Positions 8,937 through 18,466 of a stretch of 64,000 bases of DNA are shown here, piece by piece. Position 1 is the first letter of the stretch, and each line of letters opens with the position of its first letter. Made by a program: the position numbers and the translations under genes. The stretch spans positions 9,925 to 73,924 of the forward strand of contig DATBBR010000046.1 of assembly GCA_036270875.1 (NCBI GenBank), read 5' to 3'. This stretch comes from Acidimicrobiales bacterium (GTDB lineage Bacteria; Actinomycetota; Acidimicrobiia; Acidimicrobiales; AC-9). Below the pieces are notes generated by a model, which made no database searches, was not told the origin of the DNA, and saw nothing but the letters and a program-made list of their open reading frames with translations.

Positions 8937-9767
8937 ATGCTGAAGTCCTTCGACGGCGGCCGGCTCTTCGGCGCGTCCTATGGTGGCGACGGGACGCCGT
9001 GGCTGCTTGCCCTGCACGGGTGGGCGCGCACGCACCAGGACTGGCGCGCCGTGCTCGGGGCGCGAGACGCGGGAACGGTGCCGCAGGGGAGCTCTCCGGC
9101 GACCCGACCCTCGCGGATCGGTGACCCGTCGGTCGACGAGTCGGGAGGACTGGACGCGATGGCCTCGGTGGCCCTGGACCTTCCGGGGTTCGGGGCGACG
9201 CCACCGCCGCCCGAGGCCTGGGGATCGGCCGAGTACGCGGCCGCCGTCGCGCCCGTTCTCGCGGAGCTGGAGGTGCCCACGGTGGTCGTGGGCCACTCGT
9301 TCGGTGGCCGGGTCGCGGTCCACCTGGCCGCCGCCCAGCCGGGCCTCGTGAAGGCGCTGGTGCTGACCGGTGTGCCGCTCGTGCGCCAGGCTGCAGGAAG
9401 CCGTCGCCCACCTCTGCGGTACCGGGTCGGTCGAGCGCTGTACGGGCGGGGGCTCGTCGGCGAGGACCGGATGGAGACGCTGCGCCAGCGCTACGGCTCG
9501 CCCGACTACCGGGCCGCCACCGGCGTCATGCGCCAGGTCCTCGTCCGGACGGTGAACGAGACCTACGACGACCAGCTGCGCGCCTTGCGCTGCCCGGTCG
9601 AGCTCGTGTGGGGCGACGACGACACCGAGGTTCCCGTCTCGGTCGCCGAGACGGCGGCGAGGCTACTGGCCCGCCCAAACCTGACCGTGTGTCGCGGCGC
9701 AGGCCATCTCGTCCCGCTCACCGCCCCCGACGCGCTCCGTCAGGTCATCGAGCGCCACCGGCCATGA
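8937..9767 (+). CDS. Alpha/beta-fold hydrolase
   Basis: Start at ATG 8937 (MLKSFDGGRLFG). LALHGW, nucleophile elbow GHSFGGRVA, C-terminal GAGHLVPL. A Pro/Ser/Gly-rich insertion precedes LDLPGFG. The stop overlaps the next start (ATGA). Confidence 0.85.
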   Translation: MLKSFDGGRLFGASYGGDGTPWLLALHGWARTHQDWRAVLGARDAGTVPQGSSPATRPSRIGDPSVDESGGLDAMASVALDLPGFGATPPPPEAWGSAEYAAAVAPVLAELEVPTVVVGHSFGGRVAVHLAAAQPGLVKALVLTGVPLVRQAAGSRRPPLRYRVGRALYGRGLVGEDRMETLRQRYGSPDYRAATGVMRQVLVRTVNETYDDQLRALRCPVELVWGDDDTEVPVSVAETAARLLARPNLTVCRGAGHLVPLTAPDALRQVIERHRP

Positions 9768-11500
9768 GTGCCCTCGACATCGCCGTCGTCGCCAGCGCGG
9801 TGGCCGGCTCGGCACTGGCTGGTCTCCGTTGGCTCCGGGTCGCGCAGCGGGAGCACTACCTGGCCGGTTCGGTCACCCGGTTCGCCCTCCGCTGGTGGTG
9901 GGGGGCGGTCAGCTTCAACCGATTGCTCGCGATGGTGGCGGTCCTGGGCTTCCTCGTCACCCTCTCGTTCGCTCCGGCCGGGTTCGCCCCCGCGGCCGTC
10001 GTGGCCCTTGGGCCGGTGGGCCTCTCGCTGCGTGGGCGCACCGCCAAGCTGGTGTGGACCAGGCGCCTCCGGACACTCGCCGTGGTGTGGGCCGCGCTCC
10101 AGGCTGTCGTGGTGGTGGCCGGACTGGCGGGAGGAGTCGGCCCCGTGGTGGCGGTCGCCGGCGCCCTGCTCGTGCCGCCGCTGGTCGACGCCGCCTGTGC
10201 CCTGACCGCCCCGTTCGAGCGCCGCTTGGCCGATCGCTTCGTCGGCGAGGCGACCACCAAGCTGCGCCGGCTGGCACCGATCGTCGTCGGGATCACCGGC
10301 TCCTACGGCAAGACCTCGACCAAGGGGTACGTGGGCTACCTTCTCGCCTCGACCCGAGCTGTCGTCGTCAGCCCCGCGAGCTACAACAACCGGGCCGGGC
10401 TGGCCCGCACGGTCAACGAGCATCTGGCTCCGGGAACGGAGGTCCTGGTCGCCGAGATGGGCACCTACGGCCCCGGAGAGATCGCCGAGCTCACCTCGTG
10501 GTTGAGCCCTCGCGTCGGGGTGATCACGGCCATCGGACCCGTGCACCTGGAGCGCTTCGGGTCCGAGAACCGCATCGTCGAGGCCAAGGCGGAGATCCTC
10601 GATCGAGCGGAGACAGCGGTGCTCAACGTCGACGACGCTCGTCTGCGGGCCCTCGCCGACCAGGCTGCGGCCGCGGGCAGACGGGTGTGGCGGTGCTCGG
10701 GGACAGACCGCGACGCCGACGTGTGCGCGCTCGTCGACGGCGCCGCGCTGGAGGTTCATCGCAAGGGCACCCTGATGGCCCGGGTGGACGTCGCCGACGC
10801 CCGCCCGACCAACGTGGCGTGCGCCGTGGCCGTGGCGCTCGAGCTGGGCGTGGCGGAGGCGGAGGTGGCGCGGCTGCTGCCCGGGCTGCCCGTAACGCCC
10901 AACCGCCTGAACGTGGCGGTCGGCTCCACGGGCGTCACCGTCGTCGACGACACCTACAACTCCAACCCGGCGGGCTGTCGCGTGGCCCTGGACGTCATGG
11001 GCCGCCACGGGCGCGACGGCCACCGGCGAGTGGTCGTCACCCCCGGGATGGTCGAGCTGGGAGACCGCCAGCACCCCGAGAACAGCGCCTTCGCCGCTGC
11101 GGCGAGAGCAGTCGCCACCGACCTGGTCATCGTCGGCTTCACCAACCGCAAGGCGCTGCTCGAGGGGGCCGGCGAAGACAACGTCAGGATCAGCGGGTGG
11201 CGGGCCGGAGCGGGTGGGTACACCATCGCGCCCGACGACGACGAGGAAGACGAGGACGAAGCGGACGGGGAGAGCCGGCCCGGCGCGACAGACCCTCGCG
11301 GCGCCGAGACCGAAGGCGCCGAGACCGAAGGCGCCAAGGCTTCCGGCGCCAAGACGGACGGCGACGGGGTCCCCGCCGAGCACCCCGCCCAGGAGGTCCT
11401 GGTAGGAAGCCGCGACGAGGCAGTGAGCTGGGTGAAGGCCCACCTGGGCGAGGGCGACGTCGTGCTCTACGAGAACGACCTGCCCGACCACTTCGCATGA
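9764..11500 (+). CDS. MurF-family (UDP-MurNAc-tripeptide--D-Ala-D-Ala ligase-like) Mur ligase with an N-terminal multi-helix membrane domain replacing the usual N-domain
   Basis: ATGA overlap with the upstream stop. The first ~175 aa are hydrophobic helices, followed by ITGSYGKTSTKG, SYNNRAGLARTV, AEMGTYGPGEI, DDTYNSNPAG and GMVELGD. An acidic repeat insertion sits near the C-terminus. Confidence 0.85.
   Translation: MSALDIAVVASAVAGSALAGLRWLRVAQREHYLAGSVTRFALRWWWGAVSFNRLLAMVAVLGFLVTLSFAPAGFAPAAVVALGPVGLSLRGRTAKLVWTRRLRTLAVVWAALQAVVVVAGLAGGVGPVVAVAGALLVPPLVDAACALTAPFERRLADRFVGEATTKLRRLAPIVVGITGSYGKTSTKGYVGYLLASTRAVVVSPASYNNRAGLARTVNEHLAPGTEVLVAEMGTYGPGEIAELTSWLSPRVGVITAIGPVHLERFGSENRIVEAKAEILDRAETAVLNVDDARLRALADQAAAAGRRVWRCSGTDRDADVCALVDGAALEVHRKGTLMARVDVADARPTNVACAVAVALELGVAEAEVARLLPGLPVTPNRLNVAVGSTGVTVVDDTYNSNPAGCRVALDVMGRHGRDGHRRVVVTPGMVELGDRQHPENSAFAAAARAVATDLVIVGFTNRKALLEGAGEDNVRISGWRAGAGGYTIAPDDDEEDEDEADGESRPGATDPRGAETEGAETEGAKASGAKTDGDGVPAEHPAQEVLVGSRDEAVSWVKAHLGEGDVVLYENDLPDHFA
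11300..11359 (+). repeat. In-frame 15-nt tandem repeat (GAETE, GAETE, GAKAS, GAKTD) inside the acidic insertion of the MurF-like protein
   Basis: ggcgccgagaccgaa x2, then ggcgccaaggcttcc and ggcgccaagacggac. Confidence 0.9.
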
Positions 11501-11564
11501 TCTCCTCGGGCTCCGATCCGGGGGCTAGTTTCCAGGGAGGGCCCCAAGTACCGGAGAGTGACCC

Positions 11565-12674
11565 GTGAGCGACACCGCAGTCATCTTTGGCGGGCCGTCC
11601 CCCGAGCACGACGTGAGTGTGTTGACCGGGCTCCAGGTGACGCGAGCGCTGAACACGACCGGGTCCGAGCGGATCAGGGCGCTGTACTGGACGAAGTCGG
11701 GAGACTGGTTCGAGGTGGCGCCCGATCTCGAGGGCGAGGCCTTCGTCGACGGCGTGCCGCCCGGCTCGACCCCCCTCCGACTGGAGGCCGACGCCGGGGG
11801 CGGGTTCCAGGCCAGGGCCGCTCTCACGGGCCGGCCCCGACCGCTCGATATCTCCGCCGCCCTTATTTGCTGCCACGGTGGTCCCGGTGAGGACGGGACG
11901 CTCCAGTCGGCGCTCGATCTCGCAGGCGTCCGCTACACCGGCCCCACCGCAGCTGGGGCGGCGCTCGGCATGGACAAGCTGGCGTTTGCGGGTCTGGCCA
12001 TCGCCGCGGGGCTCCCGACCCTGCCGCGGATCCTGCTCACTGACGCCGCCCGCCCCGACTTCCCCGGCCCCTACATCGTCAAGCCCCGGTTCGGCGGGTC
12101 GTCCATCGGCATCGAGGTGGTCGAGGACCTGGCCACGGCCACGGCCCGCCTGCTGAACAACGCCCACCTCCGGCGGGGGGCGGTGGCCGAGCCCTATCGG
12201 CCCGACCTGTTCGACCTCAACGTCTCGGTGCGGAGCTGGCCCGAGGTCAAGCTCTCCGCCATCGAGCGCCCGATCCGTTCACAATCGTCCTCCGACATCC
12301 TCAGCTACGCCGACAAGTACGTGGGCGGCGCGGGCATGGCCAGCGCACCCCGTGAGCTGCCCGCCGAGCTGGACAGCGGCCTCGAGTCGCGACTCACCGA
12401 GGCTGCCCACCTGGTGGCCCGGCTGGTCGACCTTCGCGGCGTGGCGCGCATCGACTTCCTCTCCGATGGCAAGGATCTGTTCGTCAACGAGGTCAACACG
12501 GTTCCGGGCTCGATGGCCAAGTATCTGTGGGTGGCGCCTCCGGTGTCCTTCACCACGCTGCTGGCGGACATGCTGGCGGAGGCGATGGCCCGGCCGTCGG
12601 TGCAGCACCTGGCCGTCGGGGCCGACGGCGCCGTCCTGCGCTCGGCGGGGAGCATCGCCAGCAAGCTGACCTGA
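11565..12674 (+). CDS. ddl: D-alanine--D-alanine ligase (ATP-grasp)
   Basis: GTG start. VIFGGPSPEHDVSVLTG, HGGPGEDGTLQSALDLAGVRYTG, IVKPRFGGSSIGI, ARIDFL...FVNEVNTVPGS. Confidence 0.88.
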   Translation: MSDTAVIFGGPSPEHDVSVLTGLQVTRALNTTGSERIRALYWTKSGDWFEVAPDLEGEAFVDGVPPGSTPLRLEADAGGGFQARAALTGRPRPLDISAALICCHGGPGEDGTLQSALDLAGVRYTGPTAAGAALGMDKLAFAGLAIAAGLPTLPRILLTDAARPDFPGPYIVKPRFGGSSIGIEVVEDLATATARLLNNAHLRRGAVAEPYRPDLFDLNVSVRSWPEVKLSAIERPIRSQSSSDILSYADKYVGGAGMASAPRELPAELDSGLESRLTEAAHLVARLVDLRGVARIDFLSDGKDLFVNEVNTVPGSMAKYLWVAPPVSFTTLLADMLAEAMARPSVQHLAVGADGAVLRSAGSIASKLT

Positions 12675-12689
12675 CTCGGCTCGAAGGCC

Positions 12690-13364
12690 GTGACTCACGC
12701 TGCCGTGGGAGCGACCAGGTGGGTCGATACCCTTTTCCTGGTGCCGATCCCTCGAAAGCTGCTGAACGAGGGCGAGCAGGTCGTCGTCGACCTCCGCCCG
12801 CATTGGTCATTCCTCATCGGGCCGGTGCTGGGGGCGATCGGTGTCATTGTCGTGGCCGTGGCGATCCTGGTGGCGTTCCCGTCGGCCCCGGGAGTCGTCA
12901 TCGTCGCCGTGCTGCTCTTCCTTGCCGGCGCCATGGTCTGGCTCGCCGGCCGGTATGCCCGGTGGGCCAGCACCAGCTTCGTGCTGACCAACAGCCGCGT
13001 GGTGTACCGGACCGGCGTCCTCATCCGCCACGGACGCGAGATCCCGCTGGAGCGGCTGAACGACATCACGGTCCACCAGTCGATCCTGGAGCGCCTCGTG
13101 GGCTCGGGTCGGCTCTATGTCGAGTCGGCGGGACGGATGGGGGAGGAGGCGTTCATCGGCGTGCCCCACTGCCTGGCGGTGCAGAAGGCCATCCACCAGC
13201 AGCTGGAGCAGTCGCGGCGCCGGTGGGCCGAGCAGTCGGTCGGCCGGGTGCCCCTCACCGTCCCCGAGCAGCTCGAGAAGCTCGACAATCTGTGTCGCCG
13301 CGGTGTGATCACGAGGGCCGAGTTCGACGCCGAGAAAGCCCGGCTCCTCGACCACCTACGCTGA
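12690..13364 (+). CDS. Membrane protein with bacterial PH (bPH_2/YdbS-like) domain and C-terminal SHOCT domain
   Basis: LLNEGEQVVVDLRPHW, then two TM helices, then VLTNSRVVYRTG. The C-terminal LEKLDNLCRRGVITRAEFDAEKARLL is the SHOCT signature. An alternative GTG start lies at 12741. Confidence 0.75.
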   Translation: MTHAAVGATRWVDTLFLVPIPRKLLNEGEQVVVDLRPHWSFLIGPVLGAIGVIVVAVAILVAFPSAPGVVIVAVLLFLAGAMVWLAGRYARWASTSFVLTNSRVVYRTGVLIRHGREIPLERLNDITVHQSILERLVGSGRLYVESAGRMGEEAFIGVPHCLAVQKAIHQQLEQSRRRWAEQSVGRVPLTVPEQLEKLDNLCRRGVITRAEFDAEKARLLDHLR

Positions 13365-13390
13365 ACGACAGGTCCCGCCGGTGCCAGCTG

Positions 13391-14428
13391 CTAAGCGTCG
13401 ACGACCTCTACCGACGCTCCCGCCGAGGCCCGCAGGACCCATCCCCGGCGGTTGTCGGGAACGACGGCGCCCGGCTCGGTGAGCGCCACCACGCAGCCAC
13501 CGAAGCCCGCACCCGTCATCCGGGCACCGAGCACGCCCGGCGTGCCCAGCAGCTCGTCCACCAGGGCATCGAGCGACGGCGTGGAGACCTCGAAGTCCGC
13601 GGCGAGGCTGCGGTGGCTGGCGGTCATCTCCGCGCCGGCCGATGCCAGATCGCCCGCGGCGATGGCCTGCGCTGCCGCCCGGACCCGGGCGTTCTCGGTG
13701 ACGACATGGCGGGCCCGGCGTCGGAGGACTGGATCGCGGATCGAGCCGACCTCGGCGGCCGTCGCCTCGCGCAGCGCTCCGACGACGGCCTCGGCGGCTT
13801 CGCACTCTGCCCGACGGGCGGCATAGGCGGAGCCGGCCAGGCCTCGAGCCCGCCCTGAGTGCACGGCCACGACCTCGACCTCGTCCGGCAGGGCGACCGG
13901 CGAGACGACGAGCGATGCACAGTCGAGCAGCAGGGCGTGGCCGCGGCGACCGCACGCCGACGCGAGCGGGTCCATCACGCCGCACGGCACCCCTGCCGCC
14001 ACCCGCTCGGCCCGCTGGCACGCCTGCGCCAGCTGCACCGGCGTGCCCTCGAAGCCGAGGGCCAGGGCGACGGCCACCTCCAGGGCGGCGCTCGACGCCA
14101 GCCCGGCGCCGATCGGAAGGTTCGAGCTGACGGTGCCGATGCCGCCGGCCGGTGGCGTCGCCGTCTCGACCACGCCGGCGACGTAGCGGGCCCAGCGCGG
14201 TGCGTCGTCGCCAACGCTGGCGAGGGGCTGGGCCCGGTCGACGGTGGCCCGTCCGGGCTGGTCGCCGGAGACCAGCTCCACCCGGTCCAAGGTCTCGTCC
14301 CGCTCGAGCGCCACGTCGACGCCCAGGTCGATCGCCATGGGGAGGGCCAATCCGCCCGTGTAGTCGGTGTGGTCGCCGATGAGGTTGACCCGCCCTGGGG
14401 CGTGGGCCCGGACCCGGCAAGGGCTCAT
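13391..14428 (-). CDS. galK: Galactokinase (GHMP kinase)
   Basis: Start at ATG 14428. PGRVNLIGDHTDYTGG and PIGAGLASSAALEVA. Confidence 0.9.
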   Translation of the reverse strand: MSPCRVRAHAPGRVNLIGDHTDYTGGLALPMAIDLGVDVALERDETLDRVELVSGDQPGRATVDRAQPLASVGDDAPRWARYVAGVVETATPPAGGIGTVSSNLPIGAGLASSAALEVAVALALGFEGTPVQLAQACQRAERVAAGVPCGVMDPLASACGRRGHALLLDCASLVVSPVALPDEVEVVAVHSGRARGLAGSAYAARRAECEAAEAVVGALREATAAEVGSIRDPVLRRRARHVVTENARVRAAAQAIAAGDLASAGAEMTASHRSLAADFEVSTPSLDALVDELLGTPGVLGARMTGAGFGGCVVALTEPGAVVPDNRRGWVLRASAGASVEVVDA

Positions 14429-14466
14429 CTGAGAAGAGCTTCGCACGGCGCCGTAGCCTGAGCGCG

Positions 14467-15252
14467 ATGGCCGGGGCGAGCTCGCGATGGGCCGAAGCAC
14501 TGCACGGCTGGGCCATCCCACACGAGATCCTGGCCAGTGCACCGGAGTCGCCGTGGGGCTTCCCCCCTGAGCTGTTCGCGGCTCCCGAGGCGCCGGCGGC
14601 GACGCCGTCGAGGAATCGAGCACTGGAGGCCCTCCCCACGGGCGGATCCGTTCTGGACGTCGGTGTGGGCGCCGGAGCGGCCAGCCTGGGCCTGGTCCCT
14701 CCGGCGGCCCGGCTCGTCGGGGTGGATGAGAGCGCCGACATGTTGGCCCGCTTCGCCGCCGCCGCCGCCGGCCTGGGGGTTGCCGTGCGCACCGTCCCCG
14801 CCCCGTGGCCCGAGGCTGCCGGCGAGGCGGGACGGGCCGACGTCGTCGTGTGCCATCACGTCCTGTACAACGTGGCTGAGCTCGTCCCCTTCGTCCGCGC
14901 CCTCACCTCGGCCGCCCGCCGGCGTGTCGTCGTCGAGCTCACGGCCCAGCATCCCCAGTCCGCGCTGAGTCCCCTGTGGCTGCATTTTCACGGGCTCGAG
15001 CGGCCCACTGGACCGAATGCCGGCGACGCGGTGTCCGTGCTCGAGGAGATCGGGATCGAGCCCGAGGTCGAGCGCTTCACCGGGCCCGCGCGACTGGCCG
15101 AAGTGGACCGAGGCGACCTCGTTGCCTTCGCCCGCCGCCGCCTGTGCCTGCCGGCCGAGCGCGACCCCGAGGTGGAGTCGCTGCTTCCGGTCAACGCCAC
15201 CCTCCCGGGAAGGGAGCTGGTCTGCGTGTGGTGGTCTCCGCCCCGCGCTTGA
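14467..15252 (+). CDS. Class I SAM-dependent methyltransferase
   Basis: VLDVGVGAGAASL glycine-rich SAM motif, followed by VGVDESADML and VVVCHHVLYNV. Confidence 0.75.
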   Translation: MAGASSRWAEALHGWAIPHEILASAPESPWGFPPELFAAPEAPAATPSRNRALEALPTGGSVLDVGVGAGAASLGLVPPAARLVGVDESADMLARFAAAAAGLGVAVRTVPAPWPEAAGEAGRADVVVCHHVLYNVAELVPFVRALTSAARRRVVVELTAQHPQSALSPLWLHFHGLERPTGPNAGDAVSVLEEIGIEPEVERFTGPARLAEVDRGDLVAFARRRLCLPAERDPEVESLLPVNATLPGRELVCVWWSPPRA

Positions 15253-15283
15253 CCGACTGGTCAAGACGAGACAGCATCCGGGC

Positions 15284-16162
15284 ATGGCCATCGCGCGCGC
15301 CAATGGCATCGACATCGAGTACGAGACCTTCGGTGATCCAACCGACCCGGTCATGCTGCTCATCATGGGCCTCGGGGGTCAGCTCATCGCCTGGGACGCC
15401 GACTTTTGCAACCGGCTGGCCGCTCACGGGTTCCGCGTCATCCGCTTCGACAACCGCGACGTCGGCCTCAGCACGAAGATCGAGGCGGGTCCCGTGCCCG
15501 ACATCATGGCGGTCATACAAGGAGATCGGTCGTCGGTCTCCTACTCCCTCGAGGACATGGCCGCCGATGCCACCGGTCTCCTGGATGCCCTCGGCGTCGA
15601 GAAGGCGCACATAGTCGGCGTATCGATGGGGGGGATGATCGCTCAGGTGGTGGCGATCGATCATCCCGACCGAGTCCTCAGCCTGGCGTCGATCATGTCG
15701 ACAACGGGCGATCCGAGCGTCGGCGCTCCGACGCCCGAGGCCATGGCGGTGCTGATGAGGCCACCGCCGCAGGAGCGCGACGACGTCATCGCGGGCGAAG
15801 TCGAGACGCACAAGGCGATCGGGTCACCCGGGTTCCCCGTCGACGAGGAGCGGACGCGCCGGCGGGCCGCGGCCGCCTACGATCGCAGCTTCTACCCCCA
15901 GGGTGTGGCCCGTCAGGTGGCAGCGGTCGTGGCGGCCAGCGATCGCACCGAGGGGCTGTCCCACATTGACGTGCCGACGGTCGTGATCCATGGGACCGCC
16001 GACCCGCTGGTCACGCCGAGCGGCGGTGAAGCCACCGCCAAGGCCGTTCCCGGGGCCGAGCTGATCATGGTCGAGGGAATGGGCCACGAGCTTCCACCCG
16101 GTGCGTGGGAGACCGTCGTCGAGGCCGTCGTGCGCAACGCCGCCAAGGCCGGGTCCAGATGA
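15284..16162 (+). CDS. Alpha/beta-fold hydrolase
   Basis: Start at ATG 15284 ([18 protein letters not shown]). LIMGLGGQ, nucleophile elbow [17 protein letters not shown]. The stop overlaps the next start (ATGA). Confidence 0.88.
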   Translation: MAIARANGIDIEYETFGDPTDPVMLLIMGLGGQLIAWDADFCNRLAAHGFRVIRFDNRDVGLSTKIEAGPVPDIMAVIQGDRSSVSYSLEDMAADATGLLDALGVEKAHIVGVSMGGMIAQVVAIDHPDRVLSLASIMSTTGDPSVGAPTPEAMAVLMRPPPQERDDVIAGEVETHKAIGSPGFPVDEERTRRRAAAAYDRSFYPQGVARQVAAVVAASDRTEGLSHIDVPTVVIHGTADPLVTPSGGEATAKAVPGAELIMVEGMGHELPPGAWETVVEAVVRNAAKAGSR

Positions 16163-17304
16163 GCGGGCCACTCGAGGGCGTGCGCGTCGTCGAGATCGCC
16201 GGCATCGGCCCCGGACCGTTCGCGGCCATGATGCTGGCGGACATGGGTGCCGACGTCGTACGCGTCGATCGGGCCCAGAAGGTGGCGGGCGGCGACCCCG
16301 CGCACCCTCCGATCGACCTTCTGGGTCGGGGGCGACGCTCGGTAGGGATCGACCTCAAGCATCCCGAGGGCGCGGGGGTGGTGCTCAGGCTGGTGGAGCA
16401 CGCGGACGTTCTGATCGAAGGGTTTCGTCCGGGAGTGATGGAGCGGCTCGGGATCGGACCCGATGAGTGCATGGCCCGCAACCCGCGCCTCGTCTACGGC
16501 CGCATGACCGGCTGGGGCCAGGAGGGACCGTACGCCGACGCCGCCGGCCACGACATCAACTACATCGCCCTGGCCGGAGCCCTCGATCCGGTCGGACGAG
16601 CGGGCGAAGCACCCGTACCGCCCCTGAACCTGGTTGGTGACTTCGGAGGCGGGGGCATGTTCATGGCCTACGGGGTGGTGTGCGCGCTGCTGGAGGCCGG
16701 TCGCTCCGGTCAGGGCCAGGTGGTCGACGCGGCGATGGTCGACGGCGCCGCCGTGCTCACGACGTTCATCCACAGCCTGCGAGCCATCGGACTCTGGGTG
16801 GACGAGCGGGGAACGAACCTCCTCGACACCGGCGCGCATTTCTACGACGTGTACGAGACGGCCGACCATCGCTACGTCTCGGTGGGGTCCATCGAGCCGC
16901 AGTTCTACGCTGAGCTGCTGCGCCTCTCGGGCCTGGAGGGCGAGGAGCTCCCGGCGCAGATGGACCGCAGCCAGTGGCCGGCCCTGAAGGAGCGGGTGGC
17001 CGACGTGTTCCGCACCAAGACGCGTGACGAATGGTGTGGCCTCATGGAGGGGACCGATGTGTGCTTCGCCCCGGTGCTGTCCATGGGCGAGGCGCCAGCG
17101 CATCCGCACAACCGCCTGCGGGAGACGTTCGTGGAGGTCGCGGGGGTGCCCCAGCCGGCTCCCGCGCCCCGGTTCGGTCGGACGCCGGGAGCCATCGGTC
17201 GTCCGCCGCCGCACGCCGGCCAGCACACCGAGGACACCCTGGCGGACTGGGGGTTCACCGCGGGCGAGCGGGAGAAGCTCCGCCAGGCCGGGGCCATCGC
17301 CTGA
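16159..17304 (+). CDS. Family III CoA-transferase (CaiB/BaiF; alpha-methylacyl-CoA racemase-like)
   Basis: [49 protein letters not shown]. Confidence 0.9.
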   Translation: MSGPLEGVRVVEIAGIGPGPFAAMMLADMGADVVRVDRAQKVAGGDPAHPPIDLLGRGRRSVGIDLKHPEGAGVVLRLVEHADVLIEGFRPGVMERLGIGPDECMARNPRLVYGRMTGWGQEGPYADAAGHDINYIALAGALDPVGRAGEAPVPPLNLVGDFGGGGMFMAYGVVCALLEAGRSGQGQVVDAAMVDGAAVLTTFIHSLRAIGLWVDERGTNLLDTGAHFYDVYETADHRYVSVGSIEPQFYAELLRLSGLEGEELPAQMDRSQWPALKERVADVFRTKTRDEWCGLMEGTDVCFAPVLSMGEAPAHPHNRLRETFVEVAGVPQPAPAPRFGRTPGAIGRPPPHAGQHTEDTLADWGFTAGEREKLRQAGAIA

Positions 17305-17313
17305 GGGGTCATT

Positions 17314-18423
17314 GTGGACGACTCCTGGACCCACACCGGGTACGCGCAGCGCATCCACTTCGGGGCCGGGAGCCTGGACGAACTGGCGAACGTGGTCAGG
17401 GAGACCGGTGCCCGGCGGGTGATGCTGGTGACGACCGAGGGGCGGGCCGACTCCGACGCCGGCCGACGTGTGGTCAGTCTGCTCGGAAGGCAGCTCGTCT
17501 CCACCTTCGCCGGGGTGACCTCCCACGTGCCTACCGCCGCTGTCGAAGCGGCGGTGCGCCAGGCCCAGGCCGACGGCGTCGACGGTCTGGTGTCGTTCGG
17601 AGGCGGCTCGTGCGCTGACCTGGGCAAGGCGGTGTGCTTCTTCGTGGAGCAGCAGGCGGGAACGCCCGGCATGTCGCCTCTGGACCGTCCCGCTCTGTCG
17701 CACGTGGCCGTGCCGACGGCGTACTCGGGCGCCGAGCTGACCCCGTTCTTCGGCATGACCGACCCCGCCGCCCGGCGCAAGAGCGGAGCCGGGGGTCCCA
17801 CCGTGGCGCCGGTGGCCGTTGTGTATGACCCGCTTGTGACCCTGGACACGCCGCCCCGGGTCAGCGCCGAGACAGGAATGAACGCGCTCGCTCACGGTGT
17901 CGAGGCGGCGTACGCGACCCGTCGGACGCCGGAGGCCGAGGCCGTGGCGCTGGCGTGTGTCCAGCGGGTGGCAGCATGGCTGCCCGGCGTCGTGGACGAT
18001 CCCGACGATCTCTCTGCTCGGACGGCCATGCTCGTCGGCGCTGCTCTGGGGGGTCGGGCGCTGCAGAACGCCAGCATGGGCGTGCACCACGGGCTGGCGC
18101 AGCTGCTGGGCGGCCGCACTGGGATCGCCCACGGCCTGGCGAACGCCATCATGTTGGCGCACGTCCTGCGCTTCAACGCGGAGGCGGCGCCCGTGGAGGT
18201 GGCGCGGATCGGCGCCGCCCTGGGCGACCCCGACGACCCCGCCGGCGCCTGCGACCGGCTGCGCAGGCGTCTCGGGCTGCCGGGCCGCCTCTCCGAGTGT
18301 GGGGTGACCAAGGAGGATCTCGACGCCGTCGCCCGCATGTCCGAGGGCAACGTCAGCGTGGGGTTCAACCCCCGCCCGGTGAGCGAGGAGGGCGCTCGCC
18401 AGATCCTCGCTGAGGCGTGGTGA
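17314..18423 (+). CDS. Iron-containing alcohol dehydrogenase family (maleylacetate reductase-like)
   Basis: GTG start. IHFGAGSLDEL, VSFGGGSCADLGKA, MGVHHGLAQLLGG. Confidence 0.8.
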   Translation: MDDSWTHTGYAQRIHFGAGSLDELANVVRETGARRVMLVTTEGRADSDAGRRVVSLLGRQLVSTFAGVTSHVPTAAVEAAVRQAQADGVDGLVSFGGGSCADLGKAVCFFVEQQAGTPGMSPLDRPALSHVAVPTAYSGAELTPFFGMTDPAARRKSGAGGPTVAPVAVVYDPLVTLDTPPRVSAETGMNALAHGVEAAYATRRTPEAEAVALACVQRVAAWLPGVVDDPDDLSARTAMLVGAALGGRALQNASMGVHHGLAQLLGGRTGIAHGLANAIMLAHVLRFNAEAAPVEVARIGAALGDPDDPAGACDRLRRRLGLPGRLSECGVTKEDLDAVARMSEGNVSVGFNPRPVSEEGARQILAEAW

Positions 18424-18466
18424 CAGCGGGGTAGGATCGGTTCCACCCGGCGTAGGAGGGCGCGTC

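Noticed and set aside
9608-9763. N-terminal 52-codon extension of the MurF-like ORF
   Set aside because: It overlaps the hydrolase 3' end with an Arg/Pro-rich product. The ATGA-coupled start at 9764 opens directly into the first TM helix.
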